Part shown: piece by piece, positions 20,208 through 29,351 of the stretch
How the letters are laid out: each line of letters opens with the position of its first letter
Numbering within the stretch: the stretch's first letter is position 1
Source of the DNA: Alkalispirochaeta sp.
Lineage (GTDB): Bacteria; Spirochaetota; Spirochaetia; DSM-27196; Alkalispirochaetaceae
Assembly (NCBI GenBank): GCA_965601925.1
Contig: OZ271854.1
Span: 1,664,001-1,728,000 of the forward strand
Direction of reading: 5' to 3'
DNA: 64,000 bases
Notes under the pieces: model-generated
What the model was told of the DNA's origin: nothing
The model's database searches: none
The model's input: the letters and a program-made list of their open reading frames with translations, nothing else
Made by a program: the position numbers and the translations under genes

Positions 20208-21398
20208 ATGCAAATCAACGAACTGATACAGCGCACTAAGCCCCTCTTTAACATAGACATCGACGCTCACCAAAGTCGCCTAGATACCGAGATCCGGAAT
20301 GCCAAGTTTCTGATTATCGGTGGTGCCGGCTCCATCGGTCAGGCGGTAGTGAAGGAGTTGTTTCGGCGAAATCCACGCGTTTTGCACGTTGTCGACCTGA
20401 GCGAGAACGCGCTCGTCGAGTTGGTACGGGATATTCGAAGCTCGTTGGGATATATCGACGGCGATTTTCGGACCTTTGCCGTGGACTACGGGCAAGACGA
20501 ATTCGAAGCGCTCATCGGTGCCCGTGGACCGTATGACTACGTGGCCAATTTGGCCGCGCTCAAGCACGTCCGGAGCGAACGCGATCCGTTCACGCTCATG
20601 CGCCTAACTCGTGTCAACGTCCTCCACACGATTCGCTCGATCGAATTGGCAATAGCACACGGAGCCCGAAAGTTCTTTGCGGTATCCTCCGACAAGGCGG
20701 CAAATCCGGTCAACATGATGGGGGCGTCAAAGCGTATCATGGAGATGTTTCTGGCTGCGGATTCGGGCGGCGTACCGATCTCAACCGCGCGGTTTGCCAA
20801 CGTTGCGTTTTCTAACGGGAGTCTTCTCGACGGCTTCAGATATCGCCTCCGGAAGCGACAGCCGCTGGCGGCACCGTCCGACACGCGCCGCTACTTTGTG
20901 ACCGAAGAAGAAGCCGGCCGACTTTGTGTTCTCTCAATGATACTCGGCAACGACGGCGATATCTTTTTTCCAAAGGCGCCCGAGGAGCTCAACCTTGTGA
21001 GTTTCGCCGATATTGCCACGCGATTTCTCATCGCAAATGGATATCAACCCCATCTTTGTGAATCTGAAGACGAGGCTCGTATGTATCTTGAACGCAATCG
21101 TCGTGTAGACGCCACGTGGCCGCTTTTTGTGTTCTCAAGTGACACAACCGGAGAGAAACCCTTTGAGGAGTTCTATACGGACGAAGAAGATGTAGATTGG
21201 GAGCGATTTTCTCAGGTCGGTGTGGTGAAGAACAAGTTCAACGTCGATGCTGATGTGTTGTCCCGTTTTGTGCACAGAATCGAAGGTCTATTGGCGAGTC
21301 GAGAATGGACCAAAGGTGATCTGATCGAAGCGTATTCGTGGCTACTGCCGTACTTCGCACACGAAGAGATGGGACGCTCGTTGGACGAGAGGATGTAG
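20208..21398 (+). CDS. UDP-N-acetylglucosamine 4,6-dehydratase (Polysacc_synt_2 SDR)
   Basis: 'IIGGAGSIGQ', 'AALKHVRSE', 'SSDKAANPVNMMGASKRIME', 'ARFANVAFSNGSL', 'TTGEKPFEEF'. Confidence 0.9.
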   Translation: MQINELIQRTKPLFNIDIDAHQSRLDTEIRNAKFLIIGGAGSIGQAVVKELFRRNPRVLHVVDLSENALVELVRDIRSSLGYIDGDFRTFAVDYGQDEFEALIGARGPYDYVANLAALKHVRSERDPFTLMRLTRVNVLHTIRSIELAIAHGARKFFAVSSDKAANPVNMMGASKRIMEMFLAADSGGVPISTARFANVAFSNGSLLDGFRYRLRKRQPLAAPSDTRRYFVTEEEAGRLCVLSMILGNDGDIFFPKAPEELNLVSFADIATRFLIANGYQPHLCESEDEARMYLERNRRVDATWPLFVFSSDTTGEKPFEEFYTDEEDVDWERFSQVGVVKNKFNVDADVLSRFVHRIEGLLASREWTKGDLIEAYSWLLPYFAHEEMGRSLDERM

Positions 21399-21404
21399 CT
21401 GAGT

Positions 21405-22136
21405 ATGAACCTTGCGTATCAGTTTACGAAGCGTTCGATTGACGTTTTGCTTTCCGGTCTCGGTATCGTCGTCTTGTCTCCGATACTGATCCTGACCACG
21501 ATGATTCTCTGGATGACGGGAGAGCACAAGGTAATGTATCGTCAGCGCCGTATCGGCAAGGATTACAATCCGTTTTTCATCTACAAGTTTGTTACGATGC
21601 GATCAGACAGCGAGAAGTTCGGCACGATCACTGCAAAAAATGACCCTCGCGTTCTTCCGGTCGGAAAAGTCTTGCGTAAGAGCAAGATCAACGAGCTTCC
21701 GCAGCTGTTCAATATTCTGTTCGGCGATATGTCGATTATCGGACCGCGGCCGCTTGCCGGCGCGGAAGTGGATATGTATCCCGACGACGTACGCGCTCTC
21801 GTTTACGATAACAATAAACCGGGACTGACCGGTATCGGATCTCTCTTTTTTCGTGACGAAGATGAGTTGATCGCGGGAACCAAAAAGCCGCCCGAAGAGG
21901 CGTACCGAGAAGACGTAATGCCGATAAAAGGAAGGATAGAAATCTGGTATAGAGAAAACAAGTCTCTCAGGATCGATCTCTTGATTTTCTTTTTGACGGT
22001 ATTGTTTGTTTTCAACCTGTTGCCGGTATCGCTTGTATCGATATTTCGTAAGTTCGATACCTTTCCTTCAAAGCCGCTCTCTCAGTATAGGAGCCTGGTA
22101 GCTGCGCGTGACTCACATAGACGTAATGATCATTAA
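21405..22136 (+). CDS. Initiating phosphoglycosyl transferase (Bac_transf, PglC-like)
   Basis: 'KRSIDVLLS', 'QRRIG...F.IYKF.TM', 'DPRV..VGKVLRKSKINELPQLFNILFGDMSIIGPRP', 'PGLTG'. Confidence 0.92.
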   Translation: MNLAYQFTKRSIDVLLSGLGIVVLSPILILTTMILWMTGEHKVMYRQRRIGKDYNPFFIYKFVTMRSDSEKFGTITAKNDPRVLPVGKVLRKSKINELPQLFNILFGDMSIIGPRPLAGAEVDMYPDDVRALVYDNNKPGLTGIGSLFFRDEDELIAGTKKPPEEAYREDVMPIKGRIEIWYRENKSLRIDLLIFFLTVLFVFNLLPVSLVSIFRKFDTFPSKPLSQYRSLVAARDSHRRNDH

Positions 22137-22402
22137 AGAAAAATGCGGTAATTGGATGACAAATCTTCCGTGAGTCGAGCGGCGTGCCGTTTGGTTCCCA
22201 TAAAAACGGCCCGCTCCTCCTCAGCTTGGGCTGGCTACGGGGAAGGTCCGGTTCTTCGAGGCGTCCATACATATGCTGATTTCTTCCTCTGTCCACCCGT
22301 CCCTCGCCGAGACGGTAGTACTGAGAATCTGATATACAACACTTCCCGTTTAAAGGAAGAGGGCACACTGCGGCCCGAAGATCTCACCATCACCGTATGT
22401 GG

Positions 22403-23416
22403 TTATTCGTCCTTCTGATGCCATGCCGACCGGAGTTTATGCATTTCGTCTGGATCCTGTCTCACGCGACGCACGTACTCAAAAACGAAAGCAAGAAACA
22501 CCAGAATAAAGAACGCTAAAATTGTGGCAACAACTACGACGGTTATAGGGCTTCGCGAGTCTTCTTCAAACACTTCAAACACTACCGGCGGTCCAAAAAA
22601 AGTAACGAGTTGATGACTCTCTTCTATCGCCTCCTCCAAGACGACCATGTCGCCCGTCACCGAAGCGAATACTGATAAAACATTATTGCCAGAAATTTCC
22701 AAATATTCTATTATTGAATCTATTGAAAGTTCTTGTGAAATGTCGGGCGTTTCCTGTATCGCTTGTCTAATTAATCCCGCAAGTTGAATTTCATTCTCGT
22801 CAATCATTCTGCTCAGTGCATCTCTCGCGTCCTCCAACTGGGGGCCCATTTGGGTGCCGAGTTCGAGTACGCCTCGCGAGGCGATCGCTTCAATGAACCC
22901 CGTTGCGCTATCCGGCGTCGAGGCCGTGTAGCGGAGTGTTAGTAACCGCGTCCCTGAGTTCCATTCAACACGATACGCGTTGCCGATGATATGTCTTCGG
23001 ACCGTGGCGAGATAACGCTCCGGAGTGCGATCGGTTGGTACGTTCTCCTCAAATGGAGCGTAGACTTCCGCGACGAAGGTGGGATCATTCAATATCGATT
23101 GCAACCTTACCGCCGGATCAAAGTCGATATATTGGCGTATACGTTGGGGGAAGTTTTCTACAAGCATCTGCCGCTGAGCCGTATACCCCGATTGTTGATC
23201 GATCTCAAGTCCCACGAGTGGCGTTAGATAAAGTCCCATCGCCGTAACGATACAGGTTAAGATCGTTCCGATCACGATCATCGTACGATATCGAACGACA
23301 ACGGCGACAAGATCGATCAAGCTGATCGTATCGTCTTCATAACGATTCTCCGTTTGGAACGAAGACGAACCGTCTGAAGGGCTTACACGTTGACGCCCAC
23401 CTTTAGGTGTTTCCAT
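22403..23416 (-). CDS. Wzz/FepE-like polysaccharide co-polymerase (chain-length regulator)
   Basis: N-terminal 'EDDTISLIDLVAVVVRYRTMIV' plus TM, helical periplasmic region, C-terminal TM 'VVVATILAFFILVFLAFVFEY'. No Walker-A kinase domain. Start uncertain. Confidence 0.7.
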   Translation of the reverse strand: METPKGGRQRVSPSDGSSSFQTENRYEDDTISLIDLVAVVVRYRTMIVIGTILTCIVTAMGLYLTPLVGLEIDQQSGYTAQRQMLVENFPQRIRQYIDFDPAVRLQSILNDPTFVAEVYAPFEENVPTDRTPERYLATVRRHIIGNAYRVEWNSGTRLLTLRYTASTPDSATGFIEAIASRGVLELGTQMGPQLEDARDALSRMIDENEIQLAGLIRQAIQETPDISQELSIDSIIEYLEISGNNVLSVFASVTGDMVVLEEAIEESHQLVTFFGPPVVFEVFEEDSRSPITVVVVATILAFFILVFLAFVFEYVRRVRQDPDEMHKLRSAWHQKDE

Positions 23417-23463
23417 ACCGGCACACTATCACTTTTTCTTTATTCGATGGTAGACTCCGTCCC

Positions 23464-24924
23464 GTGCTTTTGCAGCTCACCGTTCGGAACGTTCTCCGCA
23501 ATATGCCCCGCTTGGCGCCCATGATAGCGATCATCGTGATGGTGTTTCTGATGATGGTTTTGGGAAACGCAGTCTTGTCGTCGTCCGGTGACGCCCTATA
23601 TCGGTTGTATGGGGCGCTTGTAGCGGGTGATATCAGCGTCAGCGCCGATGCCGAAACCAATTTCACAGTCTTCGGCTCTGATCAGCTCTTAGTCGGCGAG
23701 TACATCGTATTGGATGTCGTACCAGAGTTCGAACGATTGCGGACTGCGGTAGAATCACTCGGTGTAGTGCGCGCTTCGGCCGGCCTGGTCTCGGCCGTCG
23801 CGCGGATAGAAATCGGCGATCAGGAGCGCGTCCACACACTTTTTGGTGTCGATTTTGTCGAGTATCAAGCACTATTCCCCGATCTCGAGTTAGTTGCGGG
23901 GTCGTTTCCGCGTTTGGGCGAGCCGGGCATTGTGGTGCAAGAGAGTTGGTTGGTCGGCGAAGATTCCGTTGATATGCTTTTGGGTAGACCGGCACTCCTT
24001 GCGTCCGGAACCGGGCGCACCTTCACCCTGCGTGAAGTACCGGTCAGAGGTGTATTCCGATATCCGGTGAACGACGATCTCTTGTCTACAATTGCACTCG
24101 TCGACGCCGATACCGCGCGCGCGCTCAACGGGTATCTCTACGGTGCGCTCGAAGAGGTCGATCTTTCCGCCGATGATGAGGCGCTCTTGGATGCTGATGT
24201 CGATGCGCTTTTCGCTGAGTTCGATGGAGAGAGCACCGCAACGAGCGATGATTCCGAGACGATTGATCTGAGCGATCTGTTCGGCGCCGGGTCTTCCGAT
24301 CACGATCAGAGAGAAACGGAGCGCTCTCGAGAGACGATATCGGGAACGTGGAATTTTTTGCTCGTGGCGTTACACGATCAACGCGATCGCGGCGCGGCGA
24401 TACGACGTCTCACGACAATCGACGGCGATGAGCCCAACGGGTATCGGGTACGTCCATGGTGGGGCACTGTGGGCGGCAATGCATCATTGGTGCGTTATCT
24501 GCAAATACTGTTCAACGCGGGGCTGTTGTTCGTCGCCACGGGTGCCGCAATCATTGCTACCAACGCTTTAGTGCTCTCAGTGCTGGAACGCACGAGTGAG
24601 ATCGGCACTATGCGAGCGCTTGGGGCCACACGCGCCCGTGTTGCGCTTCTGATTACCGTGGAAACGATACTAGTAGTTATCAGTGCGGCCGCTGCCGGCA
24701 TCGTGTTCGGTACGATCGCCGTTCGTTTGCTCAATGTCGCCGAGTACAGTTCACAAAACCAGTACATCAGCATTCTTTTCGGCGGACGATCCATTACGGG
24801 CATTGTCACCGCACGGCTCATCGCGACGCATTTGGCGGCTGCTCTTCTGCTCGCACTCGCGGCAGTCATCTATCCGATAGAACGCGCATTGGCAATAAGC
24901 CCGCGTGAGGCGATGGCAGCGTGA
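23464..24924 (+). CDS. ABC transporter permease, FtsX/LolE/MacB family
   Basis: GTG at 23464 gives the typical 'QLTVRNVLRN' start. C-terminal 'SVLERTSEIGTMRALGATR' and 'ISPREAM'. Confidence 0.88.
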   Translation: MLLQLTVRNVLRNMPRLAPMIAIIVMVFLMMVLGNAVLSSSGDALYRLYGALVAGDISVSADAETNFTVFGSDQLLVGEYIVLDVVPEFERLRTAVESLGVVRASAGLVSAVARIEIGDQERVHTLFGVDFVEYQALFPDLELVAGSFPRLGEPGIVVQESWLVGEDSVDMLLGRPALLASGTGRTFTLREVPVRGVFRYPVNDDLLSTIALVDADTARALNGYLYGALEEVDLSADDEALLDADVDALFAEFDGESTATSDDSETIDLSDLFGAGSSDHDQRETERSRETISGTWNFLLVALHDQRDRGAAIRRLTTIDGDEPNGYRVRPWWGTVGGNASLVRYLQILFNAGLLFVATGAAIIATNALVLSVLERTSEIGTMRALGATRARVALLITVETILVVISAAAAGIVFGTIAVRLLNVAEYSSQNQYISILFGGRSITGIVTARLIATHLAAALLLALAAVIYPIERALAISPREAMAA

Positions 24925-26246
24925 TGTTATCCCAGGCAAGCACTCTCGCAGTATCTGCGTGGCGCAACTTCATACGAAATCTAAAGCGATATCGGATCGT
25001 CCTCCTCGCTTTGACTTTGATCGTAGCCGTTCTCGTCACCGTTCTGGGTACGCTTCTGGGCCTTCACACCTCAGTACGCGAGAAAGCCAGCCGTTACTTT
25101 GCCGGCGATTTAGTAGTTCTCGGGCTCGCGGGAACGGGGCGGTCCCTCATTGATGAGCAGGCAGCGATCGAGAGTGCGTTTTCGACTTTGCAGGACGAAA
25201 ACACGGTACGCACCTGGTCCCGCCGCAGCACGTACTACGAAGTGGGCAACATCGAGCTCTTTTTCGTTGGATATTATGCGCGACTGCGTCGATTGGTTGG
25301 GGTCGAGTGGGAGCTTGAGCGACCTATACTATCGAGTTTTCTCTTCACGGAGGGTGCTGTTCCCGACGATGATGACGAGGAAGGAATTCTCATCTCTTCG
25401 GCAACGGCAAGAATGCTCAGTGCGCGCGTCGGCGACGCTGTTCTTGTATCGATTCTATCGGATCGCGGTAGGTCCAATACAACAGAGCTGATCGTCCGTG
25501 GTATTTACACGGAGTCGAGTTTCTTCGGATATACCGGGTACTTGCATCGACGCACGCTTAACCGGTTGCGCGAGGTGCCGGACGACACAGTACACGAAAT
25601 GGGGCTCTACCTATACCCGGAAACGGTACGCGAAGAGAATGAAATAGCCGAACGACTCACGAATGCGTTGGACCATGTGGGCTTATCGACGTTTCCCGTA
25701 CTGATCGATCGGGATGAGTATTCGCGCGCCGTATCCGCCCCGCGTGACGGGACGCAATATGGAGTGGTAACGCTCAGTGCTCAGTTAGCGGAAATCACGG
25801 AGTTGCTTGCGGCAATGTCGATAATTGCGGGCGTGATTATCGCGTTCTTTTTGGGAATCGTCGTAGTGGGGGTTCGTAACACATGGACTATGGTAGTTTG
25901 GGAGCGGACAAGTGAGATCGGCACCCTACGGGCGCTCGGAATGCAGCGTAGCGGGACGATCGTGCTTTTTTTGCTCGAGGCGCTGTTTTTGGGATTGGTC
26001 GGCGTTATCCTCGGAACCGTGGCCGGATTGACACTGTTGAGTATCATAACCTCCATGATCGAGTTCCCGCCCAACGCTGCGACGACCCTGTTCCTTACGC
26101 AAGGACGCTTGACGTGGCGGCTTCCCATGTGGCTGATCGGGTCAACTGCGTTGCTCGCCGTCGGAGCGAGCTTTTTCGGGGCGTTTCACGCCGCATTGCG
26201 GGCCGGACGCATCGAGCCGGCGGAAGCATTACGAAATGCTCGATAG
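24921..26246 (+). CDS. ABC transporter permease, FtsX/LolE/MacB family
   Basis: 'AWRNFIRNLKRY', 'VWERTSEIGTLRALGM', 'IEPAEALR'. Confidence 0.9.
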   Translation: MMLSQASTLAVSAWRNFIRNLKRYRIVLLALTLIVAVLVTVLGTLLGLHTSVREKASRYFAGDLVVLGLAGTGRSLIDEQAAIESAFSTLQDENTVRTWSRRSTYYEVGNIELFFVGYYARLRRLVGVEWELERPILSSFLFTEGAVPDDDDEEGILISSATARMLSARVGDAVLVSILSDRGRSNTTELIVRGIYTESSFFGYTGYLHRRTLNRLREVPDDTVHEMGLYLYPETVREENEIAERLTNALDHVGLSTFPVLIDRDEYSRAVSAPRDGTQYGVVTLSAQLAEITELLAAMSIIAGVIIAFFLGIVVVGVRNTWTMVVWERTSEIGTLRALGMQRSGTIVLFLLEALFLGLVGVILGTVAGLTLLSIITSMIEFPPNAATTLFLTQGRLTWRLPMWLIGSTALLAVGASFFGAFHAALRAGRIEPAEALRNAR

Positions 26247-26281
26247 CTTACCGGTGTCACGACCGGCGTACACGAGGTATC

Positions 26282-27097
26282 ATGAATATGGTTGTGCATA
26301 GAGGGCTACGCGGACCGGGGGTTTGGTTGCTGCTCATTGCGGCTGCGCTTTACCGACCGGAGATAGTATTTTCTCAACAGGCTATTTCCCGAGAACAAGG
26401 GCGGCAGATCCTTCGGCGTGCCGACGCCTTGGTGACGTTCCCGGGCGATGACTTCTCGGCAGAGTATACCATAACCGAAGTACGCCCCGGAGAGGGCACG
26501 AGTCGAACGGAGTTCGTACTGTTCCGGCGTGATCGAGTTAACAGCTATACCATTCTGATCAGAGAACCGGCACAGGATCGCGGAAAGGGATATCTCCGCA
26601 TCGATGATAATCTCTGGTTGTATGACCCCGTCGCGCGTCGTTTTACCGTTGTGAGCGCTTCCGACCGTTTCCAAAACACCAATGCGCGAAACTCAGATTT
26701 TACTCAATCGACTCTCGCCGACGACTATCGCATCATTAGTCATACGACGGAACAACTTGGCGTATATCGTACGGATGTCTATGATTTGGAAGCGATTCAC
26801 GACAATGTTACATTTCCGAAGATGCGCATATGGATCGATCAAAACGATTTAGTTCGCAAGTTTGAAGATTACAGCCTCTCGGGCCAACACATGCGAACCA
26901 CTGCCATCCCGGAGTATCGGACGTTGGAGGATCGTTTTGTACCGGTCAGGATCGTGATTCAGGATGAGTTACGGGGTCGCACCATAGGCGGGCGCTTCCG
27001 CAACGAACGAACATTGATCGAGATACAACGAGAATCGTTACAAGAAGTGCCTGATATGGTATTCACGCGCACATTTCTCGAGCGTGCCGGGAACTGA
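26282..27097 (+). CDS. Outer membrane lipoprotein-sorting protein (LolA-like periplasmic carrier family)
   Basis: ATG at 26282/26288 after GAGG. Signal-like N-terminus, 'ILRRADA', 'EPAQDRGKGYLRIDDNLWLYDP..RR', 'RFQNTNARNSDF', 'YSLSGQHMRT', C-terminal 'PDMVFTRTFLE'. Confidence 0.8.
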   Translation: MNMVVHRGLRGPGVWLLLIAAALYRPEIVFSQQAISREQGRQILRRADALVTFPGDDFSAEYTITEVRPGEGTSRTEFVLFRRDRVNSYTILIREPAQDRGKGYLRIDDNLWLYDPVARRFTVVSASDRFQNTNARNSDFTQSTLADDYRIISHTTEQLGVYRTDVYDLEAIHDNVTFPKMRIWIDQNDLVRKFEDYSLSGQHMRTTAIPEYRTLEDRFVPVRIVIQDELRGRTIGGRFRNERTLIEIQRESLQEVPDMVFTRTFLERAGN

Positions 27098-27130
27098 CCT
27101 CATTTTTTTGGAAGAGATCACGGTTGGGCT

Positions 27131-28525
27131 ATGGAAGTATCAACACTGCGAAAACGTGGCTGTGCCTTTGAATCGTTACGGAACATTGCGATTTGGTCGA
27201 TCGGATTTGTATGCTTCGCATTGATCGGAGCGCCGGTAACGGCCCAAGACTTAGACGACCTTTTTTCCGAGCCGGATTCCACTGCGGAAGAAGCCGGCGA
27301 TACGGCACCCGAAGATGAACTTGTCGATGAAGTCGATCAGACTCCCGATCAATCGGGTGATGATGGTGGTGAGGAGAACGAAGGTGAAGCGGTGGCGCCG
27401 ACGGCCGCCGTCGATATCGATGCGCTCACCACGTCACCGACTCGCGCCACCGGAAGCGTCACGGCGCGAGCCGGGTTCGGTCTCGGTTTCATCGAATGGC
27501 CCGGTTCCGACGACGCGGCCGGCCGCAGCGTAAGAGACCTTGCGGAGTATTCGATACTATACGACACAACCGCATCGATTGCCGTCGACAGTCGTCCGCA
27601 GCCATACCTGCGCTTTTATTCCAGATTAACAACGAGTTTGAGCGAATCTTCACTCACCTTCAATACGCCTGAAGTCAGTTCTCTGTTTGTTGATTATACG
27701 GTTGCGGATTCGGTGTTTTTGCGCGCCGGAACGTTCAATATGGGGTGGGGACGCGCGCGTCTCTTCGACAACCCGGCAGATCTTGTCTCGCGCGTCGACG
27801 AAGGTGCTGCGATACGCGCGTCCGTTCCCGCGGGCAGGGGCAGCGTCACCGGCCTGCTATACACGCGTCCGACGTGGATTCAGCAATACGGCGACGACGT
27901 TAACTGGCGCGCCTTTGCCTGGGCCGGCCAGTGGGAAGCGACTCGCGGGTCCCTTACTACCGAGTTCGGCGCGCATTGGCAGCTCGACGAGCCGGTGGGC
28001 ACGGCGCTTTCTTTTGCACTCGGTGTCCGTGAGTTAACGCTGACCGCCGAGGGCGTCTACAACTGGGATCAAGACGACTGGTTTGGCGGCCCCGAGAGCG
28101 GGGAGAACTCGTGGGCGGCGATCGGTAACTTCTTCTGGGAGAACAGCAGCCGTTCGTGGTCCTTTTGGGGAGAGTACCAGTATGAAAGCGACGATACCGG
28201 CGGGGGGGAACACTTAGTCGGACTTGCAATGCGGGCACCGCAGTTCGGTTCGGGGGGATGGCGTCCGGGGCTCAGCTGGCGGCACGCCGTAGAAGACTCC
28301 TCCGGTGAGCTCCTCATAGGAATGAACGGCACTATCGCGCCGAGCCTCAGACTTGAAGTCGGTGTCCCCGTTATCTACGGCGCGCCTGGAACATTCTATC
28401 GTGACGCTCTCGCTCAGTCAGTTGATGACGACGACGATGAAGACGACGATGACGAGGTTATTCTCGTCCCGGTCGACAACGTAATCGTTGCACTCTTTGT
28501 CGTCACCATTTCATTTTCATTCTGA
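27131..28525 (+). CDS. Secreted protein, probable outer-membrane beta-barrel
   Basis: Signal peptide (VTA-QD), acidic N-terminal linker, alternating aromatic beta-strands, 'LRAGTFNMGWGRA..FDNPADL', C-terminal 'VVTISFSF' ending in Phe. Confidence 0.65.
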   Translation: MEVSTLRKRGCAFESLRNIAIWSIGFVCFALIGAPVTAQDLDDLFSEPDSTAEEAGDTAPEDELVDEVDQTPDQSGDDGGEENEGEAVAPTAAVDIDALTTSPTRATGSVTARAGFGLGFIEWPGSDDAAGRSVRDLAEYSILYDTTASIAVDSRPQPYLRFYSRLTTSLSESSLTFNTPEVSSLFVDYTVADSVFLRAGTFNMGWGRARLFDNPADLVSRVDEGAAIRASVPAGRGSVTGLLYTRPTWIQQYGDDVNWRAFAWAGQWEATRGSLTTEFGAHWQLDEPVGTALSFALGVRELTLTAEGVYNWDQDDWFGGPESGENSWAAIGNFFWENSSRSWSFWGEYQYESDDTGGGEHLVGLAMRAPQFGSGGWRPGLSWRHAVEDSSGELLIGMNGTIAPSLRLEVGVPVIYGAPGTFYRDALAQSVDDDDDEDDDDEVILVPVDNVIVALFVVTISFSF

Positions 28526-28587
28526 ACGGAGAAAACGATGAGCCGGCTCGGTTTCAGTACGACGGATTCTCGTGGCACAATGCACCA

Positions 28588-29301
28588 ATGAGCGAAGATA
28601 CGGCAACGCAACGCATCGCAACGCGGCTTCACGATGTACATAAAACTTATCCTCTAGGGCGCACGGAAGTACACGCCCTCAAAGGCGTCGGCATAACGAT
28701 TCGCGAAGGAGACTTTGCCTCGATCGCCGGTCCGAGCGGAAGCGGCAAATCGACTCTCCTCAACTTGATCGGTTGTATCGATGTACCCTCGGGTGGACTC
28801 GTGGAGGTCGTCGGTCGCAATACCGCTGAGTTGACCGATCGAGAAATAACACGCTTGCGGCATCGGGCGATAGGTTTTATCTTCCAGTCATTCAACCTGA
28901 TGCCCGTTCTCAACGTGTTTGAGAACGTTGAGTTTCCACTGCTCCTCGGCCCCAAGCCGCCGCCCAAAGCGGAGCGTCGCGAGTACGTCGGGTTTCTCAT
29001 CGAGCAGGTGGGTCTCGCCGAGTGGCGCAAACATCGCCCGTCCGAGCTTTCCGGCGGTCAGCGACAAAGGGTCGCGATCGCCCGTGCCCTCGCCACCAAG
29101 CCGCGTATCGTGTTGGCAGACGAGCCGACTGCAAATCTCGATTCCAAAACCGGCTCATCAATTATCGAACTCATGAAGCACATCAACGGCGAGCTTTCGA
29201 CGACCTTCATCTTCTCTACTCACGACCCGACGATCGTCGAGATCGCCGATCACGTTGTGAGACTCCATGACGGCGAAGTGGTAGAAGACAGTCGTCAATA
29301 A
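28588..29301 (+). CDS. ABC transporter ATP-binding protein, LolD/MacB-like
   Basis: Walker A 'GPSGSGKST', 'IGFIFQSFNL', 'LSGGQRQRVAIARAL', 'ADEPTANLDS'. Confidence 0.95.
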   Translation: MSEDTATQRIATRLHDVHKTYPLGRTEVHALKGVGITIREGDFASIAGPSGSGKSTLLNLIGCIDVPSGGLVEVVGRNTAELTDREITRLRHRAIGFIFQSFNLMPVLNVFENVEFPLLLGPKPPPKAERREYVGFLIEQVGLAEWRKHRPSELSGGQRQRVAIARALATKPRIVLADEPTANLDSKTGSSIIELMKHINGELSTTFIFSTHDPTIVEIADHVVRLHDGEVVEDSRQ

Positions 29302-29351
29302 TCCGATGGACGTGCCCGATACCGTCGCGGCGATCGGGTACCGGCGGCACG

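Noticed and set aside
22137..22402. 88-aa ORF between the convergent sugar transferase and wzz-like genes
   Set aside because: TTG start, overlaps the wzz stop, no recognisable domain.
28424..28456. GAY trinucleotide run as a possible tandem repeat or CRISPR-like element
   Set aside because: It is an in-frame poly-Asp coding tract with mixed codons and no repeat-spacer structure.
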